From contig CAWKHF010000007.1 of NCBI GenBank assembly GCA_963849325.1, positions 544,001-608,000 on the forward strand: DNA of 64,000 nucleotides, given 5' to 3'. This document shows, piece after piece, positions 9,033 to 21,457 of this stretch. The stretch comes from an uncultured Planctomycetota bacterium (GTDB lineage Bacteria; Planctomycetota; Planctomycetia; Gemmatales; Gemmataceae). How positions within the stretch are numbered: position 1 is the first letter of the stretch; the number at the start of each line of letters is the position of its first letter. The notes beneath the pieces were generated by a model. The model worked only from the letters and a program-made list of their open reading frames with translations. It had not been told where the DNA came from and did no database searches. Position numbers and translations under genes: made by a program.

Positions 9033-10758
9033 ATGCGGCGATTTAGTAAGTTGTTGATCGTCCTTACGATCCTGCCGCTCTCGTGGATGGAGTCGTTGCA
9101 CGCGCAGAACCCGCCGTCGAGTGACGTCGAGCCGACTCTGCCCTCGCCGCGTTCCACGGAGGAGCGCCGACCGGGCGGCGTCACCGAGAAAACTCCCTTT
9201 CCTCAGCGGCTCGAACTGCCCGCTCAACCAGAAAAGAAATCGTCTTTGGAGCTGCCGCCGCCTCCGGGCGGCGAGGCGGTGAAGGTGGATTTGCCACCAC
9301 TGGAGCCAGGCGACCAGCGTTTTCCGATCAACCTGGCCACCGCCTTGCGACTGGCCGATGGCCGGCCGTTGATCGTGGCCGCGGCCCAGGCCAGCGCCTG
9401 GGTCGCGGAGGCACGTCTTCAGAAGGCCAAGGTTCTCTGGCTGCCGGACCTCAACCTCGGTTTCGATTATATCCGGCACGACGGTTACGGACCCGATACC
9501 ATTCGCGGCGTGAACATTTCGGCGGACCAACTCCAGGGAGGGCCTGGCGGCTTCGGTCGATCGCAGAACCAGAACATCAACTTTTTCTACGCCGGCGGCG
9601 CCACGTTCATCCTGCGAAACGCCACGGATATGATCTTCGAGCCGCTGGCCGCCCGGCAGAGGTTGAATGCCGCGCGATGGAATATCCAGACCGCCAAGAA
9701 CGATGCGTTGTTGATGACGTTGCGGGCCTACTTCAATGTCCACCGCTATCGCGGTCAATACACCGGGGCCATCGATGTCGTCCGCAAGGGCCGCAAGCTC
9801 ATTGAGGAGATAGCGGACCTGAGTAAGGAACTGGTTCCGGCCGTCGAGATCGATCGTGCCGCAACTTCGTCGCCGACCTGGAGCAGCAAGCCGTCCTGGC
9901 TCGCCAGTTCTGGCGTCGTTCCAGCGCCGATCTCACGCAAGTGCTGCGGCTCGATCCGCGCGCCGTGGTCGAACCGCTCGAACCGGATCACATGCAGCTG
10001 ACCCTGATTGACGCCGACCGTTCGCTCGACGACCTGATCCCTGTCGGCCTGACCAATCGCCCCGAATTGGCCGGACAGCAGGCGCAGGTCCAGGCGGCGA
10101 TCGGCGCATCCGTCAGGAGAAGCTGCGTCCGTTCCTGCCCGTCCTCAATATCAATGGCTTTCAAACGCCCTACGAACAGATCCAGGTGGGCGGGTTCGGC
10201 ATCGGCAACGGCGGCAAGCTGAACAACTGGAGCGGCCGCGAAGACGTCGCTCCGCAGGCGCTGTGGCAATTCGATGGGCTGGGAATGGGCAACCTGGCGA
10301 TGGTTAAGTGGCGCCGCGGCGAGCAGTCTCAGGCCACCGTCGAATTGTTCCGAGTCCAGGACGCGGTGGCCGCGGACGTAACACGGGCCCAGGCGCGGCT
10401 TCAGTCGGCGGCGGCGCGAACCGTCCAGTCCGAGCGCGAGCTGGCCGCAGCCCTCGAGAACTACAACGGCGTCGTCGCGGGGTTAAAGCAAACCAAGCGC
10501 TTTGGCAACCTTCTGAAGCTGGCCTTCCGGCCGCAGGAAGCGGTCTTCTCGCTCAAGCTGCTCCAGTTGGCCTACGACAATTACTACCTCACGGTCGCCG
10601 ACTACAACACCGCGCAATTCGAGCTATTTCACGCTCTGGGCTACCCGGCGCGGGAAATCTCGTTCTTCCGAACGCCAGGCGAGATTGCTCCCGTGGACAC
10701 GACGCGGCCCACTTTTTTGCCTGCGGTGGGCACAGGACCGCCGCCGTCACCGCGGTAG
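9033..10758 (+). CDS. TolC/outer-membrane efflux family protein, paralogue 2 (indels near 9860 and 10100)
   Basis: Three consecutive ORF pieces align collinearly with paralogue 3. Confidence 0.8.
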
Positions 10759-10762
10759 GAGA

Positions 10763-10828
10763 AGTTCTGAGTTCTGAGTTCTGAGTGAAAACAGAACTCA
10801 GAACTCAGAACTCAGAACTCAGAACTTT
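10763..10828. repeat. (GAGTTCT)n/(AGAACTC)n heptamer hairpin element
   Basis: Visible inverted tandem heptamers between TolC paralogues 2 and 3. Confidence 0.9.
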
Positions 10829-10843
10829 GGAAGGAGCCATGCC

Positions 10844-12649
10844 ATGATGGAACGGGTCAGCCGGACAGGGATCGCCCTGGCGGTCTTGCTGCTTCCGGGA
10901 CTGGGCAGAGCACGAGGCCAGGCTCCGCCGCCGGCGTCATCGCCCTCGGCGCCGGCTCCGGCCGCACCGGCGCGCGACGAGGCCGAGCGCCCGCTTCCTC
11001 CGCCGCGTCCGGTACCGTCCTCGGAGAAGGACAGCAGTCCGCCGTGGCAGAAGTCGCCCCTCGAACGTCTACCGCCTCCCGGCGGCGAGACCTTGAAGGT
11101 GGAGCCTCCGCCCCTGGCGCCCGGCGACCGGCGCTTCCCCATCAATCTGGCCGCCGCCTTGCGACTGGCCGACGGCCGGCCGATTCTCATCTCCGCCACC
11201 GCCGCCACTGTCTGGGTGGCCGAGGCGCAGCTTCAGAAGGCCAAGGTTCTGTGGCTTCCTACCATCAACTTCGCCGCCGATTACATCCGGCACGATGGCT
11301 ACGGCCCCGATTTGAATCGCGGCGTCAACGTGCCGCAGGGCGAAAACGCCCTCGGACAGAACGCGCCCGGCAGCCTGGGCAAGCCGCTCAACCAAAACGT
11401 CAACTTTTTCTACACCGGCGGCGGCCTCACGTACACGCCGTCGGAACCCAACTATTTCTATCAGCCCGAACCGGATCGACCGCAGTTGCCGGCGCCGCAG
11501 ATGGAATTGGTCACCAATATGATCTTCGAGCCGTTGCAAAAGCGGCAGATTCTCAATGCCAGTCGCTGGACCGTGCAGGCGGCCAAGAACGACTCCCTGT
11601 TCCTGACCGCGCGAAGCTACTTCGAGGTCCACAAGTATCGCGGTCAATACGCCGGCGCCATTGATGTCGTGCTGAAAGGTCGCCGACTGGTCCGGGAGAT
11701 CGCCGATCTGAGAGCGGACCTCGTTTCGGCCGTCGAGGTCGATCGTGCGCGCAGCCTGCTGGCCGACCTGGAGCAGCAAGCCGTCTCTGCCCGCGAGCAT
11801 TGGCGCGTATCCAGCGCCCGACTGTCGCAGATACTGCGACTGGACCCGCGTGCGGTGGTCGAGCCCATCGAACACGATCACTTGCAGATTACCTTGATCG
11901 ACCCCAGCCGTTCGCTCAACGACCTGATTCCCATCGCTCTAACCAACCGCCCCGAGTTGGCGGGCCATCAGGCGGAGATCCAGGCGGCGCTGATACGCAT
12001 CCGCCAGCAGAAGCTGCAGCCTTTCCTTCCCGCCGTTCTTATGAATGGCTTTCAAACGCCTTTCGAGTTAATCGAGGTCGGTGGGTACGGAGTCGGCGAT
12101 GGCGGCAAACTGAACAACTGGAGCGGTCGAGATGACCTCAGCCCGCAGATGCTGTGGATCTTTGAACAAATGGGCTTCGGCTACGTGGCAGACGTGAAGG
12201 AGAAACGCGGCATGGCGTCGGGCGCCATCGTCGAGTTGTTCAAGGTTCAAGACGCCGTTGCCGCGGACGTGACGCGATCCCAGGCGGACGTGCAGTCGAC
12301 GGCGGCTCGTGTCGTCCAGGCCGAACGCGAGGTGGAATCGGCCCTCATTAATTACAACGGCAACTACGAAGGCCTGAAGCAAACCAAGCGATTTGGCAAC
12401 GTGCTGGAGCAAGCCTTCCGGCCGCAGGAAGTGGTCTTCGCGCTTCAGCTGTTGAAGACGGCCTATGACAATTATTTCGCCACGGTGGCCGAGTACAATA
12501 CGGCGCAATTCGAGTTGTTCCACGCCCTGGGTTATCCGGCGCGGGAAATCTCGTACTTCCGGCGTCCCGGCGAAATCGCCCCGGTAGACACGGCGCGGCC
12601 TGGCTATCTGCCGCCGGTGGGCACGGGACCGCCGCCGGCAACCCGCTAA
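10844..12649 (+). CDS. TolC/outer-membrane efflux family protein, paralogue 3 (intact)
   Basis: 601-aa ORF with signal peptide, Pro-rich N-terminal linker and OEP-like repeats. Confidence 0.85.
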   Translation: MMERVSRTGIALAVLLLPGLGRARGQAPPPASSPSAPAPAAPARDEAERPLPPPRPVPSSEKDSSPPWQKSPLERLPPPGGETLKVEPPPLAPGDRRFPINLAAALRLADGRPILISATAATVWVAEAQLQKAKVLWLPTINFAADYIRHDGYGPDLNRGVNVPQGENALGQNAPGSLGKPLNQNVNFFYTGGGLTYTPSEPNYFYQPEPDRPQLPAPQMELVTNMIFEPLQKRQILNASRWTVQAAKNDSLFLTARSYFEVHKYRGQYAGAIDVVLKGRRLVREIADLRADLVSAVEVDRARSLLADLEQQAVSAREHWRVSSARLSQILRLDPRAVVEPIEHDHLQITLIDPSRSLNDLIPIALTNRPELAGHQAEIQAALIRIRQQKLQPFLPAVLMNGFQTPFELIEVGGYGVGDGGKLNNWSGRDDLSPQMLWIFEQMGFGYVADVKEKRGMASGAIVELFKVQDAVAADVTRSQADVQSTAARVVQAEREVESALINYNGNYEGLKQTKRFGNVLEQAFRPQEVVFALQLLKTAYDNYFATVAEYNTAQFELFHALGYPAREISYFRRPGEIAPVDTARPGYLPPVGTGPPPATR

Positions 12650-12715
12650 CCCGGCTATCCGTGTGGGACAGGATCTCGTCTTCTCATGACCCAGTTACCC
12701 CGGGAGGGGAAATCG

Positions 12716-13476
12716 ATGCTACGGCAACTCTCACTCCATATTGGCTCGACGGCCCTGGCCGCGACGCTGTCCCTGACGGCGGCGGCCCAGGAGTACTCCA
12801 ACGGCGGCGCTCTGCGCGCGGACGCAAGGAGGCGACCCTTACTCCGGTCGAAGCCTTTGGCGTCCACCCTCCTGGGCCCGACCCCGCGGACGCGAACCGC
12901 TGCTTCTTTCGCCGCTGGCGATATGTTTTCATCCCCTATTACGCTCCGTTATCGCCGACGGCGACTTCGGTTCGCTGGAAGCCATGGTGTTACTTCCCGC
13001 TCATGCCCTATTACACCCCGTATTACATTGGTTATTGTCCCCATCGCCTCCACCAGCAGAAACCGCCGCCCTACGGCTCCGACGGCTGGGGACAAGGCCC
13101 CATGCCCAATCCCAACGGTCCGAGCAAGCTTCCACTCAACTTTGGTGTCTACACGTCCGTCTTGCAGGACGATACCATCTTCTGGAACATGGGCGGCAAT
13201 GGTCTCGTTCCCTATGGCGTGCCCCGTCCTCCTCATGCCGGCTCCCCGGACCTCGTGGACCGAATCCAGGACACGCGCGGCGGTGGCGGCCTCTGTGCCC
13301 CTTCCCCCGGCGGCTTTCCCGTGACGGCCTGGAGCGGCGCGGCCGCTCCCACCATGACGCCCCCCGCGCAGATGCCGGTCGAGGAAGGCGGTCCCGAAAG
13401 CGACAAGGAGGAAAGCAAGAAGTCGGCCCCCGCGGAGACGCCTCCCATGGAGGAGAAACCGGCGCCGCCCGAATAA
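12716..13476 (+). CDS. Secreted Tyr/Pro/Gly-rich hypothetical protein (probable indel near 12820-12860)
   Basis: GGAGG SD then signal peptide MLRQLSLHIGSTALAATLSLTAAAQ; protein-like sequence continues in the frame of ORF 12661..13476. Confidence 0.55.
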
Positions 13477-13495
13477 CGCCTCGCCAGCGCTGGTA

Positions 13496-13538
13496 CGGCC
13501 AAACCCCGTGAATCGAATCGATCTACGGGGTTTGGCCG
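13496..13538. terminator. 14-bp stem hairpin between convergent genes
   Basis: CGGCCAAACCCCGT / ACGGGGTTTGGCCG perfect inverted repeat; no clear U-tract. Confidence 0.5.
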
Positions 13539-13619
13539 CCATCGTCAGGGGCAAGAAGGAACCGTTCTTGGGCGTTGCGATCGTGCCGAGAAGATCGAGA
13601 GATGACGCTGGCCGTTCGC

Positions 13620-14444
13620 CTATTTGAGGGTGAAGGGCACGTTGTTCAGATATTTGAGAGCGGCGGTCATCTGGGCGGTGCCCGAATTGACGTAGTTGAT
13701 GAGCCGAATGCTGCCGTCGCACATGACGAACGGCGAGCCGCCATCGTAGGGCGAGCCCCAGCCGTTGTTGCTGGTAGAGGTAGTCGGCAAGTCCTTGCTG
13801 ATGTTATTCGCGCCGCGGCTAGTGCCGCCGTAGCCACCTGTGAAGACGCCTTCATCCCAGCTGTTGGCGGTGACGTGGCTGTAGTATTTGGTGGGCATGG
13901 ACTTCTCGCCGATCAGGATAGTGTTGCTCGTACCGTTGGCCGACGTAATCACCGACAGCGTGACGTGGGTGGTGTATCGGTTGGTGAAACTGACTTCGTT
14001 GATGGCGTAATCGACGAGCGGTTGCCGCCCTCCCGTCCCGCCGGTGGAGGCGCCAATGCGTCCGCGAGCCGGATCCAGGTAGGTCTTGATGGGAGTAGCC
14101 GGGTTGGGCTGGGCGCCTTTTGCGATCAGGTTGTAGAGGTTCTGCTGCTCGACGTAGGGCAGGATCTGAAAGGCCCAGCAGAACATGTAGTAGTTCCCCA
14201 ACCCCGACGTTCCGCCGCCGTTGCCGCCGGCGTTGGCCAGCCAGCCATAGGTGTCATGGTAGTTCTGGCAGCCCAGGCCGATCTGCTTGAGGTTGTTGAA
14301 GCACTGCGAGCGAGCGGCGGCGATGCGGACCTTCTGCACGGCCGGCAAGAGTAGACCGATGAGGATGGCGATGATGGCGATGACCACCAGCAACTCGATC
14401 AAAGTGAACGCGCGGACGTGCTTGCGGAACACAAACCTCGACAT
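13620..14444 (-). CDS. DUF1559 prepilin-type N-terminal cleavage/methylation protein
   Basis: [54 protein letters not shown]-terminal MCDGSIR. Confidence 0.92.
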   Translation of the reverse strand: MSRFVFRKHVRAFTLIELLVVIAIIAILIGLLLPAVQKVRIAAARSQCFNNLKQIGLGCQNYHDTYGWLANAGGNGGGTSGLGNYYMFCWAFQILPYVEQQNLYNLIAKGAQPNPATPIKTYLDPARGRIGASTGGTGGRQPLVDYAINEVSFTNRYTTHVTLSVITSANGTSNTILIGEKSMPTKYYSHVTANSWDEGVFTGGYGGTSRGANNISKDLPTTSTSNNGWGSPYDGGSPFVMCDGSIRLINYVNSGTAQMTAALKYLNNVPFTLK

Positions 14445-14578
14445 GGAGACCTCGCTTCGGGGCGGAACAGAGGATGACGCGGAAAAGCAGCAGAAAACGG
14501 AGTGCTCGCGTCCGTGAAACAACTCTCATTCTGTTTTCACGTTTTTCTCACTCTCTGTCAAGAATAAAGTGAGTAATT

Positions 14579-14602
14579 CATCATTAATTCTTCTTAATGA
14601 TG
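14579..14602. promoter_or_regulatory. Candidate operator: CATCATTAA-N6-TTAATGATG
   Basis: Perfect 9-bp inverted repeat in an AT-rich patch of the DUF1559/thrS divergent region. Confidence 0.45.
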
Positions 14603-14706
14603 CGGGGAGGTTCCCGGCGGACGCCGTTTCTCGTCGCCGTCCAGGTTGGGACGTAGGATAGCGGCACCCGGGGCGCTCGAACCCGGGTCGTCGAACTCGT
14701 GTCCCG

Positions 14707-14742
14707 TCGAGGGCAGGCCCGTTGTAGGGGCGTGCGTCTCGA
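14707..14742 (+). promoter_or_regulatory. thrS leader hairpin with Thr-anticodon-like loop (GUUGUAG)
   Basis: Stem TCGAGGGCAGGCCC/GGGCGTGCGTCTCGA closes a 7-nt loop with UGU at loop positions 3-5, 10 nt before the GGAGG SD. Confidence 0.55.
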
Positions 14743-14763
14743 TCCGACTTATGGAGGGAAGCC

Positions 14764-16971
14764 ATGCTAACTCTGAAACTCCCCGACGGCTCCGTGCGTC
14801 AGGTTCCCGAAGGCACTCGGCCGCGCGAGGTGGCCGCGGCCATCGGCAAACGTCTGGCCCAGGCCGCCGTCGCCGCCAAGGTCAACGACGTGGTCGTGGA
14901 CCTCGACCGCGAGCTGCCCGCTGATAACGGCGAGCAAGCGTTTCAGGTGCTGACCGACCGAGACCCGGAAGCGCTGGCCGTGCTGCGCCACAGCTGCGCC
15001 CACATCATGGCCCGCGCCGTGCTGCGCCTGTTCCCCGGCACGCAGCTGGCCTTCGGGCCGGCCCTGGAGAATGGCTTTTACTACGACATCGATTCGCCGA
15101 CGCCGCTCCGCGAAGAGGATTTTCCACGCATTGAGGAGGAGATGCGCAAGATCGTCGCCGGCGCCGAGCCATTCGAGCGTTTCGAGCGGTCCACCGGCGA
15201 AGCCCGCGAGTTGGTGCGCGATCTGGGCCAGGGTTACAAGGTCGAGCACATCGACGACGATTTGAAGCAGTACCCGACCCTCAGTTTCTATCGGCAGGGC
15301 GAATTCATCGACCTGTGCCGCGGCCCGCACATTCCCAACGCCGGCAAGGTCGGCGCCTTCAAGTTGCTCAGCATCGCCGGTGCCTACTGGAAGAACGACG
15401 CCTCCCGCAAGCAGTTGCAGCGCCTCTACGGCACCGCTTTCTTCAACCAGAAGGATCTCGACGCCTATTTGCATCAGCTCGAAGAGGCGAAGAAGCGCGA
15501 TCATCGCGTGCTGGGCAAGCAGCTCAAGCTGTTCACCATCAGTCCCGCCGTCGGCAGCGGTCTCATCCTGTGGATGCCGAAGGGGGCGACCGTGCGCGGC
15601 ATCCTGGAGAACTTCATCAAGGACGAACTGCTGAAACGAGGCTATCAGCCGGTGTACACGCCGCACATCGGCCGGCTGGAACTATACCGCACCAGCGGCC
15701 ATTTTCCCTACTATCGCGATGCCCAGTATCCTCCTTTGTTTCTGCACCAACTCGGCCAGACCGTGGACACCTGGCTGTCCCTGCTGGAGGCAGAACAGCT
15801 CCAGCCCGAGGCCGAGAAGGCTTTTCTCGGAGTGTTGGAGGCAGCGGGGACGGAGATGACGGACGCTCCGGGCGAGCCGAGGGCGACCGTGCAGCTTTAT
15901 CGGGATGCGGGCGAGGACCGGGCGAGGAAAATGGAGGCTCTGAAGGGCTGGCTCAACCGGCAGGAGGGCTACCTCGTCAAGCCGATGAACTGCCCGCACC
16001 ACATCCAGATTTACAAGGCCGAGCCGCGCAGTTACCGCGATCTGCCGGTGCGCCTCGCCGAGTTTGGCACGGTCTATCGTTTCGAGCAGACCGGCGAGCT
16101 ATCCGGCATGACGCGCGTGCGCGGCTTCACTCAGGACGACGCTCATCTGTTCATCACCCCCGAACAGACCGAGGTGGAGGTCGGCGCCAATATCGATCTC
16201 GTCCTGTTCGTGCTGTCGAGCCTCGGCTTGAACGATTACCGCGTCCGCGTCGGTCTGCGCGATCCCAAAAGTGATAAGTACGTCGGCCGTCCCGAGAACT
16301 GGGAGAAGGCCGAAAAGACCCTGCTCGAATTGGTCCAGTCGCGCGGCATGAACTACAGCGCCGAGGAGGGCGAGGCGGCCTTCTACGGTCCCAAGATCGA
16401 CTTCGTGGTGCGCGACTGCATCGGCCGCGAATGGCAGCTCGGCACGGTGCAGCTCGACTACAACCTGCCGGAGCGTTTCGGCCTGGAGTACGTCGGCAAG
16501 GATAATCATCCGCATCGGCCGGTGATGATCCATCGGGCGCCGTTCGGCTCGATGGAGCGCTTCATGGGCATCCTCATCGAGCACTTCGCTGGCGCCTTTC
16601 CGCTGTGGCTGGCCCCGGAGCAGGCCCGCGTCATGCCCGTCAGTGACCGTTTCCGCGAGTACGGCGAGCGCGTCGAGAACGAGCTGCGCTCGCAGGGCTT
16701 CCGCGTCAGTGGCGATTATCGCCCCGAGAAAATTGGTTACAAAATCCGCGAGGCGCAGCTGGAAAAGCTGCCGTACATGCTGGTCGTCGGCGAGAAGGAG
16801 CAGAGCGCCGGCACGGTGTCGGTGCGCGACCGCGTGGAAGGCGACCGCGGCGCGATGCCCGTCGCGGAACTCGTCCATCGTCTCGCCGAAGAAGTGAGAG
16901 AGCGAAGCATCCGTCAGGTGAGCACCGCCAGCGCCGGCCTGGCGGACCGCGGCGCCCAGTTCGCGGATTGA
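14764..16971 (+). CDS. thrS: Threonine--tRNA ligase
   Basis: TGS domain, RHSCAHIMA, DLCRGPH, RDHR, KPMNCPHH, FTQDDAH, AFYGPKID, IHRAPFGSMERF. Confidence 0.98.
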   Translation: MLTLKLPDGSVRQVPEGTRPREVAAAIGKRLAQAAVAAKVNDVVVDLDRELPADNGEQAFQVLTDRDPEALAVLRHSCAHIMARAVLRLFPGTQLAFGPALENGFYYDIDSPTPLREEDFPRIEEEMRKIVAGAEPFERFERSTGEARELVRDLGQGYKVEHIDDDLKQYPTLSFYRQGEFIDLCRGPHIPNAGKVGAFKLLSIAGAYWKNDASRKQLQRLYGTAFFNQKDLDAYLHQLEEAKKRDHRVLGKQLKLFTISPAVGSGLILWMPKGATVRGILENFIKDELLKRGYQPVYTPHIGRLELYRTSGHFPYYRDAQYPPLFLHQLGQTVDTWLSLLEAEQLQPEAEKAFLGVLEAAGTEMTDAPGEPRATVQLYRDAGEDRARKMEALKGWLNRQEGYLVKPMNCPHHIQIYKAEPRSYRDLPVRLAEFGTVYRFEQTGELSGMTRVRGFTQDDAHLFITPEQTEVEVGANIDLVLFVLSSLGLNDYRVRVGLRDPKSDKYVGRPENWEKAEKTLLELVQSRGMNYSAEEGEAAFYGPKIDFVVRDCIGREWQLGTVQLDYNLPERFGLEYVGKDNHPHRPVMIHRAPFGSMERFMGILIEHFAGAFPLWLAPEQARVMPVSDRFREYGERVENELRSQGFRVSGDYRPEKIGYKIREAQLEKLPYMLVVGEKEQSAGTVSVRDRVEGDRGAMPVAELVHRLAEEVRERSIRQVSTASAGLADRGAQFAD

Positions 16972-16984
16972 AGCAGAAGAAGAC

Positions 16985-17123
16985 TTTCACCACGGAAAAC
17001 ACGGAAAAAAGACAAAGACAACACAAAGAAAAGGCAATAAAGGAGATAAAGAGAACATTAAATATCTCTTTTAATGTTTTCTTTTGTCTTTTTTCCGTAC
17101 TTTCCGTGTTTTCCGTGGTGAAA
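16985..17123. repeat. Nonamer (CACGGAAAA)n long hairpin with AT-rich core
   Basis: Inverted arms; sits between convergent thrS and ligA; sister copy at 19485-19632. Confidence 0.85.
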
Positions 17124-17128
17124 TGTCT

Positions 17129-19463
<2,335 letters not shown>

Positions 19464-19484
19464 GGATGTCTCCAATTCATTCAC

Positions 19485-19632
19485 CACCACGGAAAACACG
19501 GAAAACACGGAAAAAAGACAAATTCAGGAGTTAATCAAAGGAGAGGACGGCAGTGAATTCGATCTACCTCTCTTTTGCCTCTCCGATCTTGTCTTTTGTC
19601 TTTTTTCCGTGTTTTCCGTGTTTTCCGTGGTG
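19485..19632. repeat. Nonamer (CACGGAAAA)n long hairpin
   Basis: Three nonamer units per arm, inverted; same family as 16985-17123. Confidence 0.85.
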
Positions 19633-19640
19633 ATTCTTTT

Positions 19641-20094
19641 TCATCCTCCCACGATCCAGGCGGAATCGACGGGTTGATAACCGACCAGTTCATCCGGCTT
19701 GAACCACAGGGCGACCTCGGCGGCGGCGTTGTCGGGGCTGTCGCTGCCGTGGATAAGGTTGTTCTGCACGCTCAGGGCGAAATCGCCGCGGATGGTGCCG
19801 GGTGCAGCCTTGGTGCCGTCGGTGGCGCCGATCAGCTGGCGAGCGACGGCCACCGCCTCGCGCCCCTCCAGCACCAGCGCCACCGTTGGCCCGGAGGCGA
19901 GGAACTTCAACAGCGATTCGTAAAACGGCTTGCCCTTGTGGACCGCGTAATGCTGCTCGGCCAGCCCGCGGCCGACTTGCACCAGCTTCAGCCCCGCCAG
20001 GCGCAGCCCCTTTTGCTCGAAACGCTGCACGATGCTGCCCGACCAGACGGCGATGCACGCAGTCCGGCTTGAGGAGGATCAAGGTCCTTTCCAT
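19641..20094 (-). CDS. ndk: Nucleoside diphosphate kinase (indel near 20035)
   Basis: [38 protein letters not shown]. Confidence 0.95.
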
Positions 20095-20217
20095 GATGTT
20101 TCCACTTACCCTCTCGACAATGGAGACAGAATCAACAGGGCGAAGCAGCGGCCGGCCGGCCCGGATTCGCCGAAGAAATCATTGTAGGGAGTCGGGAAGT
20201 CGCGGAGGAGTGGGCGC

Positions 20218-21357
20218 TCAACGGGCCGGCACGGCGATACGGTCGAGGAAGGCGGCGTTGGAGGGGTACTCGCCGAGCTTGCTTGACCAGCATCTCCATC
20301 GCCTCGACCGGCTTCATCTCCACCAGGGTGCGCCGCAGCAGCGTGACGCGCTGCAAGCACCTCGGGCGGCAGCAGACGCTCTTCCTTGCGCGTGCCGGAC
20401 TGGCTGATGTCCATGGCGGGGAAGACGCGGCGGTCGGCGAGACGGCGATCGAGCACCAGCTCCATGTTGCCGGTGCCCTTGAACTCCTGAAAGATGACCT
20501 CGTCCATGCGGCTGCCGGTGTCGATCAGGGCGGTGCCCATGACGGTCAGCGAGCCGCCCTCCTCGAAGACGCGGGCCGAGCCGAACAGGCGTTTGGGCAC
20601 TTCCATGGCGCGGATGTCCACGCCGCCGGACATGGTTCGGCCGCTGTTGCTGACGTTCTTGTTGTAGGCCCGCGCCAGCCGCGTCAGGCTGTCGAGCAAG
20701 CACGAACGCCTGCTTGCCCTGCTCGGCGAGGCGCTTGGCGCGCTCGACGACCAGCTCGGCGCAGGCGGACGTGGCTCTGCGAGTCGCGGTCGGAGCTGCT
20801 GGCGATGACCTCGCCGCGGATGGTGCGGCGCATCTCCGTGACCTCCTCGGGCCGCTCATCGATGAGCAGCATGATGAGGTGCATCTCCGGGTGGTTCTGG
20901 GCCACGGCCTGGGCGATGTGCTGCAACAGGATGGTCTTGCCGGTGCGCGGCGGGGCGACGATCAGGCCGCGCTGCCCCTTGCCGATGGGCGTCAGCAGGT
21001 CCATGACGCGCGTGGTCAGCGGCTCGCGGCCGGTTTCGAGCCTGATGTGCTGGTGCGGGTCGATGGGGGTGAGGTCGTCGAAGTTGCGCCGCCGGAACTG
21101 CTCGGGCGGCTTGCCCTCGATTTGCTCGATGCGGGCCAGCCGCGGTCCGCCGGGCTTGCGCGTCCGTTGCCCGGACCAACTCCAGCGGGCCGGTCAAGCA
21201 GCAGCCCTTCGCGCAGGCCGAGCTGCTGGATCAGCGGGGCGGGGACGTAGGGGTCGGCCTGCTGGGCCACGTAGTTGCGGGCGGCGTTGCGCAGGAAACC
21301 GAAGCCCTTGGGATGCAGCTCCAGGACGCCTTGAGTCGATTGCTCGTCGCGGACCAT
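20218..21357 (-). CDS. rho: Transcription termination factor Rho, short form (several indels)
   Basis: [76 protein letters not shown]. Confidence 0.92.
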
Positions 21358-21377
21358 GAGGTTCTCGTGATAGGGTT

Positions 21378-21451
21378 GGCGAACGGCCGGCGTTAGCCGG
21401 CTGGTTAGTAGTAGTAGCACCTTACCAGCCGGCTAACGCCGGCCGTTCGCC
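21378..21451. repeat. REP-like palindrome pair (CCGGC-GTTA-GCCGG)
   Basis: 28-bp perfect inverted repeat between thyX and rho. Confidence 0.85.
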
Positions 21452-21457
21452 CGACCG

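Noticed and set aside
8650-9057. C-terminal extension of TolC-1 in the 694-aa ORF
   Set aside because: Read-through caused by one extra base. It merely translates the repeat elements (SSEFGV, PSPPTPLP, TQNSELRT).
7045-12649. Diversity-generating retroelement or assembly duplication behind the TolC repeats
   Set aside because: The copies diverge throughout, with many synonymous changes and indels. There is no reverse transcriptase and no adenine-specific pattern was evident.
14660-14695. tRNA/tmRNA fragment (GACCCGGGTTCGA on the minus strand)
   Set aside because: The T-loop spacing is wrong and there is no acceptor stem, CCA end or cloverleaf.
14600-14763. T-box riboswitch upstream of thrS
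   Set aside because: No AGGGTGGNACCGCG T-box sequence and no terminator/antiterminator pair.
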